Shown piece by piece: positions 40,982-49,690 of a stretch of DNA of 64,000 nt. The DNA lies in the NCBI GenBank assembly GCA_963707505.1, contig CAVPQB010000003.1, positions 608,001-672,000 of the forward strand. Reading direction: 5' to 3'. The notes under the pieces are model-generated. The model made no database searches. It saw nothing but the letters and a program-made list of their open reading frames with translations, and was not told where the DNA came from. The stretch's first letter is position 1, and the number at the start of each line of letters is the position of its first letter. The DNA is from an uncultured Gemmatimonadales bacterium (lineage in GTDB: Bacteria; Gemmatimonadota; Gemmatimonadetes; Gemmatimonadales; Gemmatimonadaceae). The position numbers were made by a program, and so were the translations under genes.

Positions 40982-42139
40982 ATGCGGATCCGCCGTCAGC
41001 TCACCGTTGCGTCGCCGCTCAGCGCAGGCAACATCGTCGGCGCGACGCTCGACACAATCGCGCGCCGAGATCCGGGCGAGCGCGTGCGCAACGCGATTGC
41101 GATGGAATTCAATGCGCGCGACGTCCTGCTCACCGACAGCGGCACATCGGCACTCGTGCTCGCGTTGCGCATGTTCGCAAAGGCTACGATGCCTGTCGCG
41201 ATGCCAGCGTACGCGTGTGTCGATCTCATAGCGGCCGCAAGACGGGCTGGCGTGCACATTCGTCTCTTCGACATCGACCCGCACACACTCAGTCCGGACA
41301 TGGACTCACTGCAACGCGTGATGACCGAAGGTGTGAGTGCGATTGTGATCGCACACCTTTACGGCTTTCCCGCGGACATGCCAGCCATAATGAAGATGGC
41401 GCGCGATGCGGACGTGCCTGTCATCGAGGACGCTGCACAGCACGCTGGCGCGACTATCGCGGGAAAGCCCGCGGGATCGTTCGGCGATGTAACCGTGCTG
41501 AGCTTTGGTCGCGGCAAGGGAACCACATCCGGCCGCGGCGGTGCGCTATTGAGTAATGGCAGTACCGAGGCCGGCGTGCCGCTCCCGTCGGGCGAGCTCG
41601 GGCAGGCTCCGAGCACCGGCGTGCTCGTAACCACTGCCGCAACCTGGGCGCTCGGCCGACCCTCCTTGTATGGAGTACCCGCATCCATACCGTCGCTTCA
41701 TCTCGGAGAAACTGTGTATCACGAAGCCGGCGAGCCGAGCCGCATGTCGCGTGCAGCCGTTGCCCTGCTCGACCGGACTTTCCCGGGGATACGCCACGCA
41801 GTCCTGTCGCGCCAGGCCAACGCTCTCGTTCTGCGCGACACTGCGGAGCAGTCGCGGAACCTCGATTCCGTGCGCGCGATAGAAAGCGGTGAATCAGGGT
41901 ACCTGCGCTTTCCGGTCTTGCTTCGCGATGGTCCGCACGACGATGACGCACTCGGAATCGCGCGAGGGTATCCGAACCCACTGTCGCTCGAGCCACAGAT
42001 ACAACCCTGCCTGGTTGCGTCGCGCGAGCCACTACACGGCGCGCACGAGTTGGCGCGCCGGCTCGTTACATTGCCGACACATCATATGGTGACGACAAAC
42101 GATCTCGCGCGCATCGCCGCATGGCTCAGAGAAGCATGA
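40982..42139 (+). CDS. DegT/DnrJ/EryC1/StrS PLP-dependent aminotransferase
   Basis: SGTSAL, HLYG, IEDAAQ, SFGRGK, LVTLPTH. Confidence 0.82.
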   Translation: MRIRRQLTVASPLSAGNIVGATLDTIARRDPGERVRNAIAMEFNARDVLLTDSGTSALVLALRMFAKATMPVAMPAYACVDLIAAARRAGVHIRLFDIDPHTLSPDMDSLQRVMTEGVSAIVIAHLYGFPADMPAIMKMARDADVPVIEDAAQHAGATIAGKPAGSFGDVTVLSFGRGKGTTSGRGGALLSNGSTEAGVPLPSGELGQAPSTGVLVTTAATWALGRPSLYGVPASIPSLHLGETVYHEAGEPSRMSRAAVALLDRTFPGIRHAVLSRQANALVLRDTAEQSRNLDSVRAIESGESGYLRFPVLLRDGPHDDDALGIARGYPNPLSLEPQIQPCLVASREPLHGAHELARRLVTLPTHHMVTTNDLARIAAWLREA

Positions 42140-43356
42140 CCGAATCATCGCAGAAGCACTTACGTATCGTCTACGTCTGGGACGCGGATTATCCCTGGGA
42201 TGTCAGGACAGAGAAAATCTGCCTCGCGTTAACTGAAGCGGGACATGATGTGCACATCGTTGCGCGCAACAGTAATCGTGCTCCATCAACCGAAAAATTG
42301 CGCGAAGCGACAGTCCACCGCATGCCACCGTGGCGTTGGGCGGGAACTAGACTCGATAGAGCTCTCGGCTTCCCTGCATTCTTCAATCCTCGTTGGCGCT
42401 CGTTGATCGCGAACATAGCTGGAAAGATCAATGCCGATGTCATAATTGTGCGAGACCTGCCACTGTGTCCAACCGCGGTAAGCGTCGGACGGCGCCTGCA
42501 CATTCCCGTGATTCTGGATATGGCGGAGAATTATCCCGCGATGATTCGCGCGATCTGGCAAACCGGGCGACACAGGCCGCTCGATTTCCTGGTCCGCAAT
42601 CCGCGCATGGTCGAGCGCACCGAGGAATACTGCCTTCGACACGTCGATCACGTTTTCACGGTGGCCGATGAGATGTCGGATCGATTGGTAGCGATGGGCG
42701 TCGATCGCATGCGCGTAACGTGCGTTGGCAACACACCGTCGCTCACTGACAGAGTCGACGTCGCCAGAGTACGTGAGCGCGACGGCGATTCCATACAACT
42801 CGTGTACCTGGGGCTGATGGAGGTAGTACGCGGAATCAACGAGTTGATAGACGTAGTTGCACTTCTCAGGGCGCGAATACCGCGGGTAAAGCTTCTCCTT
42901 ATCGGCAGCGGACGTGATGAACACTTGTTTCGCGCCCGCGCGGCGCGAAACGGGCTGACCGGCGACGATGTGATCTTCACGGGGCATCTTCCCTATCGTC
43001 AGGCACTCGAGCTGATGTCCACAGCTGATATCGGGATGCTCCCGTTACATCGGAATGAACATATGGACACCACGATCCCAAACAAACTTTTCGACTATAT
43101 GAGTGTGGGACTGCCGGTGATTACATCGGACACGGTCCCCTCCGCAAGAGTCGTTCAGGCGGAAAAAGCTGGAGTCGTCTTCGAGGCGCGAAATCTGAAG
43201 AGCCTCGAAGACGCAGTGAGCTCGCTCGCCGATGTGGCACTAAGAAGTGAAATGGGTTCCAATGGTCGCGCAGCCGTGGAGCGGCGGTACAACTGGGAAC
43301 GCGACGCAGAAACTTTGGCTACAACAGTCGCGAACGTTCAGTCAACTTGGCGGTAG
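42136..43356 (+). CDS. glycosyltransferase family 4
   Basis: RGINEL, PNKLFDYMSVGLPVI, RYNWE. Confidence 0.88.
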   Translation: MTESSQKHLRIVYVWDADYPWDVRTEKICLALTEAGHDVHIVARNSNRAPSTEKLREATVHRMPPWRWAGTRLDRALGFPAFFNPRWRSLIANIAGKINADVIIVRDLPLCPTAVSVGRRLHIPVILDMAENYPAMIRAIWQTGRHRPLDFLVRNPRMVERTEEYCLRHVDHVFTVADEMSDRLVAMGVDRMRVTCVGNTPSLTDRVDVARVRERDGDSIQLVYLGLMEVVRGINELIDVVALLRARIPRVKLLLIGSGRDEHLFRARAARNGLTGDDVIFTGHLPYRQALELMSTADIGMLPLHRNEHMDTTIPNKLFDYMSVGLPVITSDTVPSARVVQAEKAGVVFEARNLKSLEDAVSSLADVALRSEMGSNGRAAVERRYNWERDAETLATTVANVQSTWR

Positions 43357-43480
43357 AAAATCTTCCCGCCGAAATTTCTCGAATCCCACCAGTTGCGAAT
43401 TGCTGAGTAAATCGTTAATCCTTGAGGCGCAGGGCAGGTTACGACGCCACTACCCTCACTCGAAGGCCCGATTGGGCCCG

Positions 43481-43568
43481 CGATAAAGGCATAACCGCTG
43501 AAAAGCGGCGACGCAAAACTACGAGGCTACAGCGCAGTAAGCAGCGCCAGGTCAGTCGGGTTTCCGAA
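43481..43568 (+). ncRNA. c-di-GMP-I (GEMM) riboswitch, copy 1
   Basis: GATAAAGGCATAA-CCGCT-GAAA-AGCGG-CGACGCAAAACTACGAGGCTAC...AGGTCAGTCGGGTTTCCGA: GNRA-capped P2, GACGCAAA junction and P3. Confidence 0.8.
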
Positions 43569-43589
43569 CGGCGTTCCAATGGGGTTTCT

Positions 43590-44584
43590 GTGTCTCTACG
43601 AGGCAATATTTTTCTCGCGGGTCTCTGCGTGATCGCAGTAGCCGCTTGCTCGGGGACAGATAGCGGTATGGGAAGCCGCAACTTAACAGACCTGACGAGT
43701 GTGCCTGCCACACCAGTGGCGCCATCATCGGATTCGGCAGAACAAGCAGCCGCGACGCCGGCTGTAACTCCCTCTCCATCTCAGCAAGTTGGAACCGACG
43801 GTCCTTCGTTATCCGGAAACGCGTTTGTATCTGATGACTACCGGTCCTACGCAAACACTGCAGCGCTGATCGCAAAGGTATCCGTCAACGTTGGTGGTCT
43901 GGCAGTCCGCAGGCGTCGCTGTATACCGACGGTCCGAATGCAGGAACGGCTCAGCTGGATCCGGCCGTTACCTATAACGGACACCCAACTGTCCGGTACG
44001 ATCAGCGGAGCGGCACAACCCAGGGACCGGAAATGTGGGTAGGCTTTCCTAACGGTAAGACACTCACCAACATGTGGTTCCGAGCCGTCATCCGCTTTAG
44101 TCCAGGATTTACCACCCTCGGCACAACGCCAAATTCGGCAAACGCATACAAGCTGCTGGGCTGGTCATGGGCCGGTGCCAATGGGCGCGGCGGACTCGGC
44201 TTCACCAATACAGACGCGTACACATTCACCTGGGGCGTTGAAAGCCTTCAAGGCACCAGTCTTGGTTTCACCGAACCGACTGGGTTCAGGAAAGTGACGA
44301 CCGAATGGAGTGATGGCGCGTGGTATGATTACGTCATTCACTACCAGCAGATTTCAGCCACTACGACTCGGACTTCCTTCTATCTGGGACGGAACAATTC
44401 CACGCCGCAGCTGGTGTATACGATGGACGGCGCCATCAATCCAGGCAGTGCGATTCCGCCAGTAAATGGTGTGATGCTTGGCCTCAACTTCAACTCGACT
44501 CGTATCACATCGCAGGCGCTGTGGTATGGCCAGTGGGAAGTGGTGGACGGCGCCCAGTACTCCAATCCGTTCAACCTGAACTAG
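43590..44584 (+). CDS. lipoprotein of unknown function, paralog A (1-nt frameshift near 43899)
   Basis: Lipobox VAAC, short Pro/Ala/Ser linker, ~260-aa domain shared with paralog B. Comparison with the second copy shows a missing A. Confidence 0.75.
43797..44584 (+). repeat. ~790-bp direct duplication, copy 1
   Basis: Near-identical to 45669-46458. Confidence 0.97.
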
Positions 44585-44646
44585 TCAACGTCCGTCCGAT
44601 GCTAAGAATTGACTAAGCTCGTCACCGCGACACTACCGGTGTCCGC

Positions 44647-44687
44647 ATTCAAAGCTCCTTAATGCCCGCCGATTCAAGCTCCTTAAT
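44647..44687 (+). repeat. direct repeat ATTCAA(A)GCTCCTTAAT x2
   Basis: Units at 44647-44663 and 44672-44687 in an AT-rich intergenic region. Confidence 0.7.
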
Positions 44688-44896
44688 AAGGATGTAGGAC
44701 TCGACCGTCGGAACGCCATGCTGAAAATTCATGGGCGTTTCCGATCCTGCACCAGCAGTCTGGAAGTAAGAATATTTGACCTGGACTTGCGGCATGACGG
44801 ATCTAATGTTTCGTTACTACACGACGATACTACTCGTCACTGCTGCAGGCACTATCTGAGAGTCAGATAGCGCTCTAGGTGTGGCCCTCTGGGCCA

Positions 44897-44984
44897 CGAT
44901 AAAGGCAAACTCGCCGAAAGGCGGGGACGCAAAGCCACGAGGCTAAAGCGTGCTCAGGCACGCCATGCTAGTCGGGCTCCCGAA
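44897..44984 (+). ncRNA. c-di-GMP-I (GEMM) riboswitch, copy 2
   Basis: GATAAAGGCAAACTCGCC-GAAA-GGCGGGGACGCAAAGCCACGAGGCTAAA...ATGCTAGTCGGGCTCCCGA: canonical GGCAAA, GAAA loop, GACGCAAAGC, CTAAA/ATG receptor. Confidence 0.9.
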
Positions 44985-45008
44985 TGGCACACTAACGAGG
45001 ACCACACT

Positions 45009-46458
45009 GTGAACCCAAGTACGAAAGCCGTTGTGCTTTTGGCACTCATCCTTACGGCCGTTGCTTGCGCCGGCACCGACGCAAACAAAAATGGCCCTGA
45101 CGTCGCCGATTTGACGGCAACCGACTATTCACTACCGGCATCAGCCGTAGTGCAAGTCGCTCCAAATGCCCCGGCGCTTGACATCGGGCAGACGGTCAAG
45201 CTTGCAACCGCATTCGTCGATGGCGCGGGACGACCAGTCGAAGGCGTGATGGGGGTGCTCGCACGCTGGCGCTCCAGCGACACGACAATCGCAACTGTGT
45301 CCGTCACGGGTGTCGTCAAAGGTCTTAAAGACGGGCACGTGACAATTACTGCAATGGCCGGACGCCGAGTTGCATCGAGCTTTGTGACTGTCCGACATCG
45401 GCCTACCACGAGCACGGAGCAGCAACCTGATACGGGCAAGAGTGTTGCGCAGACGGACGCGGCGACAACGACTGCGCCCACGGCTGCCCCAGCAAAACCC
45501 GAAACGCCAGCGACGAGTACACCAGCTACTACCACGCCAGCGACTACCCCAACTAAGCCGCCGACCGTGACACCACCACCGCCGGCTTCTGCTCCGCCGG
45601 TTGCTGCGGCGCCGCCGACGGCGCCGGCTCCTATCTCGGCTCCGATAAGCTCACCGCAAACTGGAATTGACGGTCCTTCGTTATCCGGAAATGCGTTTGT
45701 ATCTGATGACTACCGGTCCTACGCAAACACTGCAGCGCTGATCGCAAAGGTATCCGTCAACGTTGGTGGTACTGGCAGTCCGCAGGCGTCGCTGTATACC
45801 GACGGTCCGAATGCAGGAACGGCTCAGCTGGATCCGGCCGTTACCTATAACGGACACCCAACTGTCCGGTACGATCAGCGGAGCGGCACAACCCAGGGAC
45901 CGGAAATGTGGGTAGGCTTTCCTAACGGTAAGACACTCACCAACATGTGGCTCCGAGCCGTCATCCGCTTTAGTCCAGGATTTACCACCCTCGGCACAAC
46001 GCCAAATTCGGCAAACGCATACAAGCTGCTGGGCTGGTCATGGGCCGGCACCAATGGGCGCGGCGGACTCGGCTTCACCAATACGACGGATTACACCTTC
46101 ACGTGGGGTGTGCAAAGCTATCAAGGCGCCAATCTTGGTTTCACCGAACCGACTGGGTTCAGGAAAGTGACGACCGAATGGAGTGATGGCGCGTGGTATG
46201 ATTACGTCATTCACTACCAGCAGATTTCAGCCACTACGACTCGGACTTCCTTCTATCTGGGACGGAACAATTCCACGCCGCAGCTGGTGTATACGATGGA
46301 CGGCGCCATCAATCCAGGCAGTGCGATTCCGCCAGTAAATGGTGTGATGCTTGGCCTCGACTTCGAACTCGACTCGTATCACATCGCAGGCGCTGTGGTA
46401 TGGCCAGTGGGAAGTGGTGGACGGCGCCCAGTACTCCAATCCGTTCAACCTGAACTAA
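45009..46458 (+). CDS. lipoprotein paralog B: Ig-like (Big_2) domain, Pro/Thr linker, shared C-terminal domain (1-nt frameshift near 46365)
   Basis: GAGGA RBS; lipobox AVAC; WRSSDTTIATVS..GVVKG...G.VTITA; long P/T/A linker; the corrected end NPFNLN* matches paralog A. Confidence 0.8.
45669..46458 (+). repeat. ~790-bp direct duplication, copy 2
   Basis: Near-identical to 43797-44584. Confidence 0.97.
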
Positions 46459-46487
46459 CGAGCGCATTCGCGCATCAACCGAAAGAA

Positions 46488-46525
46488 CGAAGGGGCGGCC
46501 TCTCCAGTTGAGGGGTCGCCCTTCG
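46488..46525. terminator. GC-rich hairpin/terminator between convergent genes
   Basis: CGAAGGGGCGGCCTCTC...GAGGGGTCGCCCTTCG; T-rich tail on the minus strand. Confidence 0.6.
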
Positions 46526-46727
46526 CACAACGGCGACATGCCGCCTAACGCGCCGCATGCCGATTCTGATGTACTCAAAGCCATAGCCTAACGCACTACA
46601 CCGGCGCCGATTCGGTACGACTCAACTTCAACCACAACCCACCGGCGGACGCTGAATACAACGTCCACTGCTGCGAGCTGGACGTTTGGGACGCGACGGT
46701 GGACGCCGACCCGCACAGCCTGTTGTC

Positions 46728-47397
46728 CTAGAGCCTACGCTTGCGCCGAGTCAACGGCACGATGCCAAAGAGTCCCGACGCTGACAAGGATCAGCGACGA
46801 CGGTTCGGGTGCGGTGGTGAAATAGCCATTTCCTGAATCGTCAAATACGGCCGAGCTGATTACTGTACCGTCGTTATTCACGGCGTTGACCCCTAACAGT
46901 GTAATGATGGCTGTGCTGCTTGCTGAGGCGCCGGCGCCCTGGCCCGCCAAATTGGCCCACGCGTTCGCGGAAAAGACGAACGCGTAGCCATCGGTCGATG
47001 GCGTAAAGCCGACATGCATCGTGCTGTCGGCCCAGAAGTCATACTCGTTATCAGCAGTACCATCAGAGCGTGTCTTCTTTTGCACGGTCCTATCGTGGAA
47101 CCACACGGACGCCTGGGCGGGGACGTCAGACCCATCGGTAACGGTAAGCCCAGATACGGTTGCTGAAACCGTCGGAAACGCGAAATGGAACACAAGGTTC
47201 TGCGCATCCGTTCCGATCAGCAAATGCGTGTCAAGCATCCCGTCGAACACGCCCCCGTAGGACATGTTGGCCGCTGGTGCGGTAGCTGCGGCGAATACGG
47301 AGACAGTCCTGGTAGTGTAATCCACCGTCGCCTGCGCCCCTGCCACTGGAGCCGTCCCCAAAATTATCGCGAGGACCGCACCTAATCTGTTCTGCAT
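46728..47397 (-). CDS. PEP-CTERM protein 2 (1-nt frameshift in the tail)
   Basis: CAGGAG RBS; signal peptide ending AGAQ; APEPSSLILV then, in a shifted frame, ASGLFGIVPLTRRKRRL*. Confidence 0.8.
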
Positions 47398-47453
47398 CTG
47401 AAAACATCTCCTGTAAAATGTGATGCGGCCAATTACTTCTGGCGCTATCGCGA

Positions 47454-48183
47454 TCACGCATTCCGCGCGGGAAGTATCGACGGCTGGATCCGCCTTCTCC
47501 GTGACGTCATAGCCGGGAGCAATCCGAGCAACCCGGTACCAAGCAGAGCCAGTTCGCCGGGTTCAGGAGCGGAAGTCGGCTCGCCTAGAATGTCAATCGC
47601 GAGTCGGTTGCCGTATCCCGAAGTAATGTCATCAGACGGCCGGATATACCCCCACGTTTGGGACACATTATCGAAAACTGCGCCCGCCGGTACGCCCGAT
47701 GTCGGGATCGTCAGCCAGAGCATGCCGAACTGGGCGGGGTCATTTAATGGGTTTTCATGCACAACGCTCAGCCAATATTCGCCACCGCTCCCGATGTTGA
47801 CAGACGGAAGCGAGAGTGTCCAGTATCCTGCCGTTGCTTGGGTAGCGGCGTCGCGCTGCGTAAACGGGGCTGACTCGGATCCAGATGCGACCAGCGTGCC
47901 TGGCAGTGGGCCCGTCGCCTCCGTAAACAAAGACCATGTGAAAATCCGCCTCACTTCCTGATGGCATCATGTATGGATTCACCATTACGACTGGGATGTG
48001 AGCGCCTGTTAATACCGATGGCCCAGCGAGAACGAATGGGGCGGCGAGGATATTTGGGTCGGTTATACCCCAGGAGTTCTCCTCGACTCCTTGTGTACCA
48101 CCGAAGCCGTAGAGAATGCCTTGAGCCCCGCTCGCTCCGCCGTTAAGCAGCGCCGCAACACCGACAATCCATAGTCTCTTCAT
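47454..48183 (-). CDS. PEP-CTERM protein 3 (frameshift near 47950)
   Basis: GGAGGT RBS; MKRLWIVGVAALL..GAQG signal; GGEYWLSV; APEPGELALLGTGLLGLLPAMTSRRRR. Confidence 0.8.
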
Positions 48184-48359
48184 GGTGGACCACCTCCCTA
48201 ACCGAGATTCACCGCTGAACGCTGCTGCCACGTACGGGAAAATGTCGTGTAACCAAGGCGGATTGGCTAGGGAGACCGGCGAGTCGTGAGCAAGGGCCGA
48301 CCCGTCAGCACGGTAGGCTACCATATTCTTGGGAGCAGACTGCCGCTTTGCAGGCGCTC

Positions 48360-49617
48360 TACATGTAGGGCCGACGACTCCGATCGCAACGGGTGACGTG
48401 CGTCCGACGCACGGTCGCCAATAGAAACTCGTTTTGCCTGTCTCTGACCAGCGTGCCACACGCGAGATCGCAACAGGCCGATCCTTCAACGACAACATCG
48501 GCGCCTCCAGCACACGCCAGCTCACCCACGCTACCGCGAGACTCACTCCGAATAGTAGAACACCGTAGACGCCCCACTCAGGCAGCGTCGACCCATGTAT
48601 CGGCGCGATATGAAATTTCGGCACGAGAAGATCCAGCACCATCATGAACGGATAGTGCACGACGTACAGACAGTAACTGTACTTGCCGAACATTCTGAGC
48701 GTATCGTTCTCGAACGGACGCTTCCAACCGTGTCCGTCTGCCGATGATAGAACCAGCACGAGAATGACCGAGCCCAGCACGGCAAGCACCGAGTAACCGA
48801 TCGTCGCGATGTACGGATTGCGATTGTCGAAGCCTGCCGTACCGGTCCACGACACCATCACCAACGCAACAATCGACAGCGCGCCTATCCAACCCGCGTG
48901 ACGACGCGCGCGCTCCATTGCGCCAGGCGTCCGGATCGCCAGTGCCACGATCGCGCCGGCCGCAAGAATGTCCATGCGCGCGACCGACAACACATATGCT
49001 CCAGCCCAGCCACCCTGCACGTACGTCACCAGCGCGATGCGACACACCAACGCGACCGCCGACATCGCCACCACAACACGCCACAGACTCCTTCTGGATA
49101 GCGTGAGCACGACGAACGGCCAGACAATGTAGAACTGCTCTTCGACCGACAGGGACCAGAAATGCGCCGTGTTCAACGGCGTAGCCGCGCCCCCCTTCAA
49201 TGTCTCCAGAATGTTCACGCCGTAAAGCCAGTACCAGGCTTGATTGTGCACCAGCGTGGCAGTCGCTGGATCTCTCGCGAAATACCCGATGTGCGGAAGA
49301 ACGAAAAAGAAAAACGCGCACGCAGCGTAATACAGCGGAAATATCCTGAGCGCTCGGCGCTTCCAGAATCGAGGGAACGCTCCGGACGTGCCCTTCGCAT
49401 CGAGCAGAATTCCGGTGATGAGAAATCCGGAAAGAACAAAGAACAGATCGACGCCGACCCATCCGATGCTCTCCACTCCATGCACGAGCCGATCGACGAG
49501 TGGGTCGTCCGGCCGAGTCCCCATTTTGAGAAGCGCGAGGTGCCGGAACATCACGAGCACGATGGCCAGACCGCGCACTCCGTCGAGCGCAGGCACGTGC
49601 CTGAATCTGGCAACCAC
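48360..49617 (-). CDS. acyltransferase family 3 (OafA/OatA-like O-acyltransferase); 3' end uncertain
   Basis: ALDGVRGLAI..V..RH, GVDLFFVLSGFLIT, RRALRIFPLY, HFWSLSVEEQFY, GKYSYCLY..H. Confidence 0.88.
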
Positions 49618-49690
49618 CGACTCCGCGGAGCTCGACGCCGGTTTGGCCCGCTCCCTTTCTGCCAACCCCGTAGCCAAGTATCTATATGCC

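Noticed and set aside
48289..48304. Possible sigma54 promoter for PEP-CTERM protein 3 (GGGTCGGCCCTTGC, minus strand)
   Set aside because: The spacing fits but the -24 element is a poor match, and such patterns are frequent at this GC content.
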